64,000 bases of DNA from Emiliania huxleyi CCMP1516 (GCF_000372725.1 NW_005202368.1:418293-482292), one strand, 5' to 3'; counted from the stretch's first letter, positions 34,660 through 47,158 are shown. Made by a program: numbers and translations. The notes: generated by a model not told the origin, from the letters alone.

Positions 34660-35360
34660 TAACCCTTAGATATTCCCCAAGGGGTATTCCTCAGGGTAAT
34701 CTCTACGGATATTTCCTAAGGAGAATTCTAAGGAAAATTTCTAAGGATATTTCTAAGGATATTTTCTAAGGATATTTCTAGGATAATTTCTAAGGCGACT
34801 CTCCAAGATCAATCGCTAAGGATATTTGTCTGAGAATATTGTCTTAGATATTTGGCTAAGAATATTTTCTTAGGATATTGTCTTAGATATTTGGCTAAGA
34901 ATATTGTCTCAGGATATTGTCTTAGAATATTGTCTTAGATATTTGGCTAAGAATATTGTCTCAGGATATTGTCTTAGATATTTGGCTAAGAATATTGTCT
35001 CAGGATATTGTCTTAGAATATTGTCTTAGATATTTGGCTAAGAATATTGTCTCAGGATATTGTCTTAGAATATTGTCTTAGATATTTGGCTAAGAATATT
35101 GTCTCAGGAGGATATTGTCTTAGGATATTTGGCTTACGAAATTGTCTCAGGATATTTGGCTTAGGAAATTGTCTCAGGATATTTGGCGTTGGATATTCCC
35201 TCAGATATTTGACTTAGGATATGGTCTCAGGATATTTGGCTTAGGATATGGTCTCAGGATATTTGGCTCAGGAAAATGGCTTAGGAAATTTTCTCAGGAT
35301 GTTTTCTCAGGATTGGTCTCAGGACATAATCTCAGGATATTTGGCTTAGGATATTTGGCT
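34660..35360. repeat. AT-rich tandem repeat island built from 12-13 nt subunits (e.g. AATATTGTCTTAG, ATATTTGGCTAAG)
   Basis: Seen directly; strongly AT-rich compared with the flanks. Confidence 0.9.
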
Positions 35361-35776
35361 GACGGTCCAGGCCACCCTCAGGGATGCCTAGATCTGAGGG
35401 CAGAAGAGAGAAGATTGAGTGCACACAAAAAGCAGACTAAGCCCTCGCACAACATGCCATAAACAAATGACGGACACCCTTCTCTACTGTGAGCTTTGAA
35501 GATGGCTGATGGAACACGGAGGGGTCCCCCCGCCCCGGTTTTTTGCGATCTTTGTCCTTTTTGAAACAATCGCGCAAAGCCTTTGTGGATTGTGCCCGCC
35601 AGCCGCCAGGGCGTCGCTTTGGTCTTTCATCTTTGTCGGGCGCGGGCGCTCATCGTGGAATTTGAATAACAGGCTATACTTCTTCGACTACACATGCAGG
35701 CAATACACCATATGGGTCTCAAACACACAGAGCAAACGGCGAACCAGGCGCCGTCCAGCACTGCCAGAGCCGCGGC

Positions 35777-36220
35777 ATGACATGCGCGGGCTGTGGAGTT
35801 GTGTTTGGGCTGGGCGCCAAGATCGAGCCGCGTGGCGCCGGCTTCGTACACGCCGGCCGTGACGAATGCGGCCGAGCCGCCGACGAGAAGGCTCCGGCTG
35901 TCGTCGAGTCGGTGAGCCGGAGGGAGGCGTCCCTCGAGACGGTCCTGGGCGCCGGACGTGTCGAGACGGCGCTCAAGTGCCTCCAAGGGGGGTGCAGTGC
36001 CACAGGCGACAAGTACATCTGTGGACGCTGCGGCTCCTACGGGCTCCACCGCGAGTGCGCGGGCTTGTCGAAATACCAGGTCGAGCCGGGACAGCTCGTC
36101 TGTGCCGTGTGCAGGGCCGAAGCCATGACGCCGGACGGCCACTCACCCACCGACCTCGTCCTCCGACGCGCCGCTCGGACGATGCTCGCCGAGCTGGAAT
36201 CTATGGCCGTTATCCGTTAG
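35777..36220 (+). pseudogene. Zinc-finger (PHD-like) protein fragment
   Basis: CAGC...H...C followed by C...C...ICGRCG...LHRECAGL...LVCAVCR, a C4-H-C3-like spacing. Confidence 0.5.
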
Positions 36221-37107
36221 TGCGGACGTCGCCGCGGCTCGCCTCTGCCGCGGCGGCTGCTGCGCGCACGCGGCGGCGCCGCTCTCTCGCGAGACGGCTG
36301 GCGACGCGGCTCGCCGCCGACGTACGGTGCGCTCGTCCGACGGTCCGCAGCGTGGCGTGCGCGGCGCTGAGCGCCGCTCTGCGAGCGCCTCTGCGCCTGC
36401 ACTGCCTGTCTCTGTTGCTGTTGGTGGTGGTGGTACTGCTGCTGCTGGTGCCGATGCTGCTGCTGGCGCGGCGCGGCTGTGCGACTGGGCTCGACGCGCG
36501 CGTCGCGAGCGTCTGACGCGGCGGGCGGCGTCGGGCAGGTGCGCTTCTCTCTCGGGTGGTGGTGGTGGTGCTGCTGCTGCTGCTGGTGGTGCAGATGCTG
36601 CTGCTGGTGCGGCGCGGCTCTCCGACGCGACTCGATGCGCGCGTCGCGGCTATCTGACGCGGCGGGCGGCGTCGCGGGCGGCAGCGGTGGCGGCTCGCGG
36701 GTGGAGGTGGAGGCTGGTGGCTGTGGTGGACTTTGAGTTTATTTCATGGTCGTGTACGGGGACCGGGGGGTCAACCGGGAGGCAGGGGGTTCAACCAGGC
36801 GACGGAGGACCGTGGGCCATCGCGGGGACCAGCCCGTCCGGAGGGCGAACCCGGCAGATCCGGATGGTCTCACGCCGGTGGGTGGCACCGAGGCGTCTTG
36901 GACGCTCAGCTCTACCTTAAGCTCCTGAGGGGCGCGTGGTTGTAACCACGTAGTATGACTACAACCCACCACAGACACCCTCCCCCACTCCTCACGTGTG
37001 TTCACACCCTCACCCTCTCCTCTCTCCTCTCTCTCTCTCTCTCTCTCCTCTCTCTCCTCTTGTCTGTGCTGTCTGCCTGACTCAGGCACTCAATCTGCCG
37101 ATGCGTG

Positions 37108-37757
37108 ATTGTGTGTGGGCTGCTCCGAGGGGGCCCTCTGTGCGATCCGACGGGTAGGGGGGCTGTGCCCGGGCGGTGTCCGGTGTGGAGTCCCCTTCTG
37201 ATCCCGCCTGGGATGTTGGGTGTGAGGTTGTGGCGGCTTCGATCCCAAGGGGGGGAGCTGATCCCACTCAATAACCAACTCTCAGGGGCAGTAGGTGGGC
37301 GAGCTTCAGGCACGCTCATCTCGATCGTCAAGACGTTGCTACGCGCGGTCTTCCGCGGGGGGAGCTGCGTCGACGGGTGCGGGACCGCGGCGCAGCCAGT
37401 GCCGTGGCGATGCCTCCGGCTGTTTGCGGCGGGCGGCTTGCTGCTCGCTGCGATGGCGAAAAACTCGTCTCGCCACACGCCAAGGGCTTATGCTCTGGCG
37501 AGACGTGAGGCGCATGCGCCCAGGAGGGGAGGGGGCATGTGTAACGACACTGCTAGAGATGCCTTTCGGGGCCCAGAGATAAAACTTCTGTGATGCCATG
37601 CGTGACCTAGTAGTGTCCCCAGCTATGGGCGTGTCCACGTTGGAGCCAGGTGTGGTGTGGGCGCGAGAATAGCTCCGCCGTTCATGGAGGCAACCGATGC
37701 GAGTCGACTGGTGTGTGTCGTCGTGGTTTCGTATCAAGAATTCTCTCTCTCTCTCTC
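37108..37757 (+). repeat. Dispersed repeat family A (longest copy, (TC)n tail)
   Basis: Matches 30905-31403, 42780-43124 and the reverse complement of 14780-15245. Confidence 0.9.
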
Positions 37758-38230
37758 CGCGGTCTACCAAGTCTACCGGTAGACTGGGGTCGTAGGTTCA
37801 TTACGGTCTACCGGTAGACTGCGGTAGACTCGTGGTAGACTCGTCTACCAAATGGTCTACCGTCTACCCCAGTCTACCCCAGTCTACCGGTAGACGGTAG
37901 ACGGGCCACCCCTCAGATACCGCCCATCCTGACCGGAAGTCGGGCCTGCTGAACAGCGACCCGCCACCGTGGGCTGTTGCGTCCGACCCGCGCGCCACCC
38001 ACGAGGGTGTAGAGCGCCTCCTCCATCAGGCGGTCGTGCTCGCGCGCGGCGTCCTGGGTCACCGACGCGGGCGGCAAAAGAATAGTTAGAGGCTGCGCAG
38101 GCCGTCCCGTTTGCTGTTTGCATAAAAAACGCCTGTCTGTTGCGCTCAGCGGTCTCTGAAATCCCTCAGTACCATCGATACCTCTGCCAAACGGTGGCGG
38201 CCGCGCGGCCACTAGACGTGGCACGTGTAG

Positions 38231-41200
38231 TCAGGCCGAAGCAGACTGCTGCGCGGTGACGTCAACTGCAGCAGCAGCGGAGTGGCTCCGCCTGGCCGCG
38301 CTGCTCACCAGCGGCTCCGAGTCGCGATGCCGCGCGACGGCGCCACCGCCGTACAGCAGGGTGGCGAGGCACGCGCCGCCGACGGCGACGACGGCGACGC
38401 AGATGGCGCAAGCGGTGCGCGCGCTCACCTGCAGCACCGACAGAGACGGAGTGGCGGGCCTGCCCCGGCAGCATCTAATCTCTCTCCTCCGATAGCCCCC
38501 CTCCGAACCCCCCCCCCCCCCCCCCCCCCCTTCACCTGTGGTAGCACCGAGAAGCCGACAAACGACGACAGCGCCGAAGTGAGCTTGAGGTGTGCGAATG
38601 GTCCAACCGCACCCGCGCCCGCATCCGGCCCGCCCCTCGAAGCTGCAGGCGCGGGCGCCGCCCTCGCCGCCCCAACCATGCTGCGCCCACGCCCGCCGCG
38701 CGTGCCGCGCGTGCCTCCCGGGAGGGAGAGCGCGGGCGAGGTGCGGCGGGAAGCGCGCGGCGCGTGGCGCGGTGTCGCCATCTCGCCAACTAGCGCCTGC
38801 TCCGGGAAGGTTCCGAGACGGTTCCGAGACGGTTCCGAGACGGTTCCGAGACGGTTCCGAGACGGTTCCGAGAAGGGCCTCGGCTAGCCTCTCGGCTAGC
38901 CTCTCGGCTAGCCTCTCGGCTGCCTCTGGCGACATCTCGGCTCTCTCGGCGAGATCTCGGCTGCATCTCGGCGAGATCTCGGCTGCATCTCGAGCGCCAT
39001 CACGGAGGTTTGCCACACAGCAACGCCGACGCCGTACAAGAGAAAAATGCCCACCCACGCGCCACCGCCGGGCGAAGTGCACGAAAGCGGCAGCGCCGAC
39101 GGCGCCAGCGGTGGCTCCGCCGCCAGCGGCAACGGTGGCGAAGGCGGGAGGCCGCGTTCGCCGCCGTCGCTCGCAGCGGGTGGCGGTGTCGGCGGCAGCG
39201 GAGGAGGAGGCAGCGCGGCGCAGGCAGAGCCTGCGTGCGGAATACGCAAACATGAGGGGCGGGACCACGGCATAGCGCAGAGCCTTCAGAGCACCGCGTG
39301 AAGACGAGGGGGCACGAGGGCAGTGAGTACCGCTGGAAGACAGCCGAGTGCAGCGGAGTGCGTGTCCTCTCGAGCGCTGGTTGGGGTACAAGGATTGCGT
39401 GTTCCGCTTCTAGGGCCCGCTGCTCCTGCTCACGAGATACGGGGAGATACGGGGGGAGATACGGGGAGATATTCCGCGTCTAGGGCCCGCTGCTCCTGCT
39501 CACGAGATACGGGGAGATACGGGGGGAGATATGGGGAGATATTCCGCGTCTAGAGTCGCCGAGCCCGCCATCGCCGCAGCCGCTGCGAACGCGACAGCCC
39601 CGGCGGCGAGGGCGAGGGCGCGACCAGAGGGGTGGGCGCGCGCCATGTAGGTGACTGCGACGGCCACGCAGCCGGCGAACAAGCCGGAGAGAGCGAAGTA
39701 CCTGCGCGCAGGTGCAGCCGTGAAGAGACGCCGTTCACGGCGGGCCTGCGGGCACCGGTGAGAGCAAAGGACCACCCCGCCCGACAGGAGGGCGGGGAGG
39801 ACGGTCTTGTGCAGCGTATTCAGAGCACCGCGTGAATGCGAGGACTACGACTACAGCGGAGAGCGTGTCCTCTCGACCGCTCGTTGGAGTACAAGAGTTG
39901 CGTACTCCGCTTCTGGGCAAAAGGGCCATCCAACCCACGGGGAGATACGGGGAGATACGGGGGAGATACGGGGAGATACGGGGAGATGTTCCGCTTCTAG
40001 GCAAAAGGGCCATCCGACCCACGGGTTGGCCTGGCCGGGCGGGTTCGGGCTGGGCGCGAGGGAGGCGACCACCTAATCGGGGCACAAAGGGGATCTGATG
40101 AGGGGAATAAAGGGGGTATACGGGGCATGAGGGGGTAACGCGGGTTCGGGCTGTGCGCGGGGTACAAGGGAGGCGTCCGCCGCCGGATGAGAGGGCCATC
40201 ATGGAATAGGGGGTACAAGGGGGTACAAGGGGTACAAGGGGGTACAAGGGGGTACAAGGGGCGACCACCGGGAAGAGAGCCGTCATGGAATAGGGGGCAC
40301 AAGGGGGTACAAGGGGGTACAAGGGGGTACAAGGGGGCGACCACCGCCGGGAAGAGGGCCGTCATGGAATAGGGGGTACAAGGGGTACAAGGGGGTACAC
40401 GGGGGTACAAGGGGGTACAAGGGAGGCGACCACCGCCGGGAACAGGGCCGTCATAAGCCCGAACGCGACGTTCGTCGGAGTGAGGAGGACGAAGCGGTGG
40501 TCGCAGAGCGTGGCCAACAGGCTCCCCTCCCCGCCGCTGCCTTGCGGCTGGCCGGGACCCGTGTCGCTCTGCCGCTCGCCCGGCCGCGCGGACAGGTCGA
40601 TCACGCTGGACATGGCGACGGTGCAGCCGAGGGCGAGGGCGGTGTAGGCGCCAAAGAGGAGCTGCGGGGCCTGCGGGAAAGAAGGGGGCGCGCTGTGAGC
40701 GGCGTCTCTCCGCCGGTGGTGCGACTCTGAAGAGCCGAGGAGCTGCAATGCCTGCGGGAAGAGGGAGAGGGAGAGACCGGCCAGCTGCTTACCAAAGGTG
40801 AGGGAGAGCTGGAAGAAGAGCGCGAAGAGACCCGCCTGTTCACAGCCGGCGGTGTGAAGAGACGCCGTTCACGGCTGGAAGAAGAGAGCGGGGCGGCCCG
40901 CCATCAAGTCGAGCGAGTCTCGCTCGCCCTCCGCCGCTGCCTTCTCCGACGCAGCGCCCGCCTGTGCCCACAGCCCGGCAGCTGGAAAAGGAGGGGTAGG
41001 AGGCGGGCCCCTCCCGGCTGCGGAACAGCCACGTGTAACGTGTGGGATCGGGGTCGTGGCATCAGGGGTGTCGCATCAGGGGTGCAGGGTCGAGAGTACG
41101 AGTATGCAGTGGGATCGAACGCCCATGTGAGACATGGGAACTCGCCGACGCGCCGCCCGCGAAAGTGCCGTGAAGACGCGTCTCTGACTGCAGAATCCTC

Positions 41201-41977
41201 GGATAGAGGCCGCCGCCCGCCGCCGCAACGCCCTCCACTGAAGGAGAGCCGGGAGGAAGAGGAGGAGGCGCCCCCGTCGCCTCCGCCGCCCTCGCCTCTG
41301 TCGCCCTCGCCGCCGCCTCCGCCTCCGCGCCTCCTCCCTCCCCTCCTCCTCCGCCGCCCGCCCCTCCTCCTCCTCCTCCACCCCCTCCTCCTCCACCACC
41401 ACCAACCCCACCCCCACCACCACCTCCTCCTCCTCCTCCTCCTCCTCCTCCTCCCACGGACGCGCGGCCCTTTGCCTTGCTGTACTCGACCGCGCTTGTC
41501 GTGTAGTATGCCCCCTGCGCCGTCCAGAGCAGAGCGCCTACGCGACGGTTCCGAGAAGGTTCACGGAAGGCGCCGCGGCATGCGCGCTGCCCCGCGCAGA
41601 GCACCGGCGAGGCCACCGAGCGCTCCGGCGGGGTAGAGGACGGTTGGGCTCGGCGCCATGTACGCGGCCGTGTACACCGCGTACATCAGCATCGACGCGA
41701 CCAGCGAGCGCTTCACTCCGGCGCGCCGCACGAGCGCCGGCGCCACGAGCGTGCCGAGAGCGAAGAAGAGGTAGAGCACGGCGCTGACAGACGAGGCGAG
41801 GTGGTGCTCGACCACCTCGTGTGAGATGATGATCGTCGCGGAGATGCAGCCCTCCAGGATCGCGAACGAAGCAGAGAAGACCAGCGCGTTGCGCATGAGG
41901 TCGCGTGGAGAGTAAGCAGGCCGCGGAGGCCGCACGCCGCCGAAGCCGTCGTCGTCGCTGAAGTCGGTTGAGGCCAT
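38231..41977 (-). CDS. UNC-93-like MFS membrane protein, multi-intron
   Basis: RNALVFSASFAILEG, AVLYLFFALGTLVAPALVRRAGVKRSL, GALLWTAQGAYYT (UNC-93 signature), DHRFVLLTPTNVAFG and further hydrophobic exons. Confidence 0.8.
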
Positions 41978-42779
41978 GTTTGGCGCCTTGAAAAATGGCG
42001 AGTCCATGTGTTGCCGCCGAAAGCCGGCCGACCGAGAGCACCGTCACAAAGAAGAATTTTACCTTCGCGCGCACTGGCACTAACACAGGCCTTGGGTTGT
42101 CCGTTTTCTTTCTTTCTTTCTTTTTAACACAGGCACAAAAATAATTTTATAATATCCGCTTGGGGGAAAAAGTTTTCGTGAAATCGCACACGCATGAATC
42201 ACACGACAGACGGCGTCCTCGCCACAAAAGCCGCCGTCCGAAATCCCCTCTCCCGACACCCGCCCCATCCCTCCCCGGTCCCCGCCCCGCCCTGCCCCAC
42301 CCGACCCTCCCCGGACCCTCCCCAAACCCCCCCCCCCCCACACACACACACACCCTCCCCGACGCCGGGGAGCTAAGAAGCGCACCCAGCGGGCCGGACG
42401 ATTGGTATCACACTGTGTCGGCTTACGGACTAGAGAGCCCTCTATCTATCTAGCCCTGTGGGGGGTGCGCAATCCTTGGGATAGTCCGCGCTTTGGGTTT
42501 CCCCTAGCTGCGAAACGCAACAAAAAAATCTCTCTCTCGAAACGCCCCCTCTACTCGGAGCTAGAGATACGAGAATACGCACCGCGCCTTCTAGGGAGTT
42601 TTGTTGTAAAATTCTTTTCATGTTTGTCGCACAACTATTAAATAACCGTCGCCAAAAATCGCACGCCGGGAATCTGTGGATACCAAGTAACCCCCGCCCC
42701 CGCCCGCTCCCATTGCCGCCTCGCTCCACTAAGCCCCGCCTGCTCTCGGCGCAGCCATGTTCTCCTGCAAGGCCGGCTT

Positions 42780-43124
42780 TGGCGATGCCTCCGGCTGTTT
42801 GCGGCGGGCGGCTTGCTGCTCGCTGCGATGGCGAAAAACTCGTCTCGCCACACGCCAAGGGCTTATGCTCTGGCGAGACGTGAGGCGCATGCGCCCAGGA
42901 GGGGAGGGGGCATGTGTAACGACACTGCTAGAGATGCCTTTCGGGGCCCAGAGATAAAACTTCTGTGATGCCATGCGTGACCTAGTAGTGTCCCCAGCTA
43001 TGGGCGTGTCCACGTTGGAGCCAGGTGTGGTGTGGGCGCGAGAATAGCTCCGCCGTTCATGGAGGCAACCGATGCGAGTCGACTGGTGTGTGTCGTCGTG
43101 GTTTCGTATCAAGAATTCTCTCTC
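42780..43124 (+). repeat. Dispersed repeat family A (5'-truncated copy)
   Basis: Near-identical to 37405-37750. Confidence 0.9.
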
Positions 43125-43125
43125 G

Positions 43126-43405
43126 CGACACACAGACACAAACAAGCTCACAAGACACAAGGGGTAGGTAGGTAGGTAGAAAGGTGAAGAACAGCCAGGC
43201 TCGGACTGGACACCAACGCGGTATGGGTGGACGCGAGACAGATGATAGGTAGGTAGATGATGAAGGGGTATGTATGTATGTATGTAGTAAGGTGAAGAAC
43301 AGTCAGGCTCGGACTGGACACCAACGCGGTATGGGTGGACGCTAGACAGATGATGACGACACGCACGAGCGACACACAGACACAAACAGGCTCACAAGAC
43401 ACACA
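43126..43405 (-). repeat. Dispersed repeat family B, stacked partial copies with (ACCT)n/(ACAT)n tails
   Basis: Reverse complement of 51365-51465; related pieces at 52332-52370. 51213-51337 matches 63855-63980. Confidence 0.8.
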
Positions 43406-43476
43406 GGGGTCCCCCGTGTGCGAAAGAAATTCGCACGCCCTGGCTCGACTCGCTCCACCTCTCCGCTCTCCGGGCC

Positions 43477-44350
43477 ATGCCCAAGTCGCAGAAGGCCAGG
43501 AAGCAGGCCCGCTTCAACCCGCTCGCAGCCGCCCGTCGCGCCGCCGAGGGCCAGGAGGAGCCCGGCACGTCGGCAGCGGCCGCCGAGGAGGCGCCAAAGC
43601 TCAGCGCGCACCAGCTCCGTCACATCGAGCGAAAGCGGCTGCAGGTGTGCAGGCCGCGGCGCGACCCCGCACGGCACCACGAGCGCTCCACCCGCGCGCG
43701 TCCCGCCCACAGGCCGAGACGGCGGCGCTGCGCAGCTCCAAGCTCAAGGTGAGCAAGGCGGACAAGGTGCAGCACAAGCGCGACAAGAAGGCGCTTGCGC
43801 GGGAGCTCAAGCAGGCGTGAGCGGCGGTTGGGAGGAGGGCTCGCGGGCGCACGCCCTCTATCGCCGCCGCCGTCTTTCCCACCGCCCGCGTGTACGCCTC
43901 TCCCGCCGCCTTTCTCAACCGCCGCCACCGCTGGCGTCGTCGCAGGTGCGGCAGCAGGCAAAGACGCTGCGGAGAGCGCCAAAGGGCGGCGGCGGTGGAG
44001 GCGGAGGGGCGGGCGAGGCGGTGGAGGCCGTCGGGGAGGGCGCCGCCGACGACGCCTCCATGATCGACGCGCCGCTGGAAGCGGACGAGCCGTTGCGGGG
44101 CTTCAGGTGCGTTATCGCAGCCGCTCTCTATGTCCCTCCGCAGCCCCTTCCGGGACCTTTCCGAGAGCTTTCCGTCCGAGAGCACGCTGTAGCAGCGCCG
44201 CTCAGAGGCGCCTCACAGACGCGCGCGAGACGGCCCTCCCGCTCCGTTTGCGCCGCCGCCACTCTCTTCGCCGCCGTTTCTGACGCCGGTCCGCCCGCGT
44301 GCCGCCCTGCAGCTTCAACCTGCCGCCGGCGCTGCCGCTGCCTCGAGGTG
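43477..44350 (+). CDS. Small basic hypothetical protein, about 3 introns
   Basis: MPKSQKARKQARFNPL...RKRLQ | AETAALRSSKLKVSKADKVQHKRDKKALARELKQ | VRQQAKTL..., joined in frame by GT-AG and GC-AG introns. Confidence 0.6.
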
Positions 44351-44959
44351 ACAGACCCGGGAGATGACAACCTGGACGGGGGGGGCGGCGGATCGCCCGT
44401 CGACGGGTGGTCCTCCGCCTGTCCGTGCCGTGTCCTGCCCTGACAGCCGCCCGCCTCCAGTGCCGCTCTGTCCGCCCTCCTCCCGCTCGGCCCCAGTGGC
44501 ATGCGGCCATGTTCCTTGCTTCCCCCGTGGGCGCCTGGCCGCGGGCCTAGCCGGTGGGGAGCGAGCGCTGTGGTGTTGGTGGTGCTGGGCCGTGTGAGCA
44601 CGTGGTGGGCCCGCGCCGGGGCAGGTGTCGGGGAAACTGTGCGACCGGGGTCGCGCCGATCGACTGACGTGTCTGTCCGTGCGCGAACCGTGTCCCGTAA
44701 TACCCGTCAGACTCCCGCGGGTCCGGATCTCGAGCGGGCCCGGGAGGAGGCGCGCTCGAGGCCGAGTGGTGTCGCAGCGCCGTCTTGGGCTGTGGAGCCG
44801 CGCCGCGTGAGCTTTACTTACTCATTAGTAGCAGCAAGAGTGACGTACGATCCGCAAAACGTCTAAAGCGCGCGTCTCTGAGAATCTAGCTGAGAATGCG
44901 AGCCGGCCACCACAGCTGAAGCGTCTGAACACTCCTGCGAGGCACACATCTGACGAGGC

Positions 44960-45367
44960 TCACGCAGCGGCGGCTCCTCTCGGAAGCGACGGCCACGCAG
45001 CGAACGCGTGTTGCCGCTGCACCAGCGGCGGTAGGGGACCGGCTAGCCCGATCGCCCGTCCCGCACCAGAGCCGGCGCCCCCCTCGTTCTGCTGCGGCAC
45101 GAGGCCGCCGAGGGACCTGTACACGGGCTCTTCGTCCAGATCCACCTCCAGGTCCGCCATGCCCAACGACAGCGAGCGGTAGACTGGCTCATCCTCCTCG
45201 TCGGAAGAAAAGTCGTCAAGGAAGGCCGCGGAGGAGTGGTACCGCATGTCGTCGTCGCTGTCATCGGGCGCGACGTCGAGGGAGCCAGGGCTCTCGCCCG
45301 CCGCCCGGACCTGCGCGAGCCAGCTGCAGTGCTCCTGGAAGGCCGCGGCAGACTGCGAGAGAGCCAT
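44960..45367 (-). CDS. Small acidic hypothetical protein with a twice-repeated EPVYRSL motif
   Basis: MALSQSAAAFQEHCSW...DEPVYRSLSL...EEPVYRSLGG. Confidence 0.6.
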   Translation of the reverse strand: MALSQSAAAFQEHCSWLAQVRAAGESPGSLDVAPDDSDDDMRYHSSAAFLDDFSSDEEDEPVYRSLSLGMADLEVDLDEEPVYRSLGGLVPQQNEGGAGSGAGRAIGLAGPLPPLVQRQHAFAAWPSLPRGAAAA

Positions 45368-46027
45368 TGAAGAGACGGAAGACAAGGCCGGACAGACGGG
45401 ACGGGACCACCTTGGGCCGCGTCTGCCAAAAAAAAAAGCGAGCGCGATATGCCATGTCCGCCTTGCGTTTGTTTTCATAACATCGAAGGCTAAGCTCAAA
45501 AAAAAAGTGAAAACGGGCACGTTGTTTACTTTAAGGCCCTTGCCCTGCGAACGCGCACCCCCGGGGCTAGGGCTTTCTTGCCCGCAACCCGATCCCGATC
45601 ATCCGGCCCGCTGGGTGCGCTTCTGAGCTCCCCGGCCCTGGATGTGAGGCTAATGACTGCACTCCAAGTGCTCCAAGTGCGCTGCCCGGCCCTGGATGTG
45701 AGGCTACCAACTGCACTCCAAGTGCTCCAAGAACGGGGCGGTCCTGGGCGTGAGGTTAATGACCGCACTCCAAGTGCTCCAAGTTCGCTCATCACACCTT
45801 TGTTGTTTTCTCTTACGGTGTCGACGATGCCAAACCTGAGAACAGATTCTTTGTTGATCATCGTCGCTGCTGGATTCTTCAACAAACAAGGGCACAACAA
45901 ACAACAGACAACAGGGGCGAACGCGTGAGGCTAGAGCAGGCTTCTTCAATTCGCAACCCCGTCTGAAGGGCAGAATGGTCCCTGCACCATTACCCGACAT
46001 CAACTTGATTCCGGATGCATATTCTAT

Positions 46028-46118
<91 letters not shown>

Positions 46119-47158
46119 CTCACTCACACACACACAGAGTGTGTGTGTATCGGGGCGCGGAAAAGAGGAACCTCTTAGCGCCATCGCCACGGTGCTGCAA
46201 GCAGCGCCGGGCGACGACGACTTACCGCCTCCCGGTCCCCCTCGGCACACCTCCGCTGCTTAATGTTTGACGACTCGAACCCGTGAAGCTTCCCCGTGCG
46301 CGGGTTACCCCGCACACGGGTCAGCCTGCCGGCCACGTATCCACGCAAGCGTGGTCCGCGTGCATGGCATACAGGCGTCCGCCAGACAGCGCAGAGGCTA
46401 GGCGACCGGGGAAGGACTAGCTCAAGGGCAACACAGCGTCACCAGCCGTTGGCGCGCAGAACGAGTCTGCGGCCCCCGGTTGGATCGAGTGCGCGACGCG
46501 GACGAACCGCTCAATGTGGCCGGCAGCTCGCGCTGCCGGCGGGGTTGGTTGGGGAGAACCGGCACGGGGGAAGCCGGCCTCCCCGGAGGGGTCGCCCCCT
46601 GGAGGGGCCCCAAAGGGCCCCCCGGGGGGGCGGGGCCCGCCCCGAGGGGCGGGGGCAGGTTCGTCGCTTAGCGCGATGGAGTCAACCCTTGTTGCCAAGT
46701 CGGCGAGCGTGTTGTGTATCGAGAGAGAGGACCATAGCAGATGCGAGAGCGGCGTCGTCCAGAGACATCGGCGGACGGGGGAGCACACGGGACACGTCGG
46801 CATAGGGATAGGAGCCAGGGGTGTGGGCTGGGCCTGCATCATGAATGGGCCTGATAGCGACGGCGGCGACGTAGGCGAGACGGCGGCGAGGGTGGCGACG
46901 GTCACGATGAAAAGCTGGCTTGACGAAATGGATGACGCCATCGCGCAACAATGGACATCCTCGATGTCGTCGTCCTTGCCGGAAGGGGCAGCGCACGCGC
47001 CTCTGAAGATCGAGGCGCGTGGCTCAAAGCCGGCGCTGCGCGGGTTTTCGTGCCCATCCGACTATGGTCTACTTTTCCATTTTTTGGATGCCGTGGTCGT
47101 GGGGGTCACTGCGTCACTCACGACCCGCACGAGGTAGGCGGCGCGCAGCGCCGCTCTC

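Larger units (their letters stand above)
33039..37757. mobile_element. 4.7-kb composite insertion with (GA)n...(TC)n ends and a 9-10 bp TSD, carrying gene fragments
   Basis: (C)CGCGGTCTA at 33030-33038 and 37758-37766; removing the insertion restores the mirror of the outer element's left TIR. Confidence 0.8.
32297..37916. mobile_element. Non-autonomous hAT-like TIR element (8-bp TSD) with long TIRs; its right TIR is split by a nested insertion
   Basis: Termini CTGAGGGGTGGCCCGTCTACC / GGTAGACGGGCCACCCCTCAG; TSD ATACCGCC at 32289-32296 and 37917-37924. Left arm 32297-32617 mirrors 32849-33038 plus 37758-37916, with many GGTAGAC/GTCTACC motifs. Confidence 0.9.
31440..38095 (-). mobile_element. 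Degenerate CRE/R2-type non-LTR retrotransposon (post-RT thumb + RLE), interrupted at 32297-37916
   Basis: 38095-37925 reads ...AAREHDRLMEEALYTLVG...QARLPVRM and rejoins GGMGLTSAMDIREAAWVG at 32296. It continues SAGAFLNAIP...VQRRLGLP...RH...QPDV...GDLK (PD-DxK), with an internal deletion or frameshift near 31930. Confidence 0.8.

Noticed and set aside
30905..37757. Direct repeats 30905-31403 and 37108-37606 as an LTR pair
   Set aside because: The second copy lies inside a TSD-bounded nested insertion; there are no TG...CA ends or gag/pol between them, and other solo copies exist.
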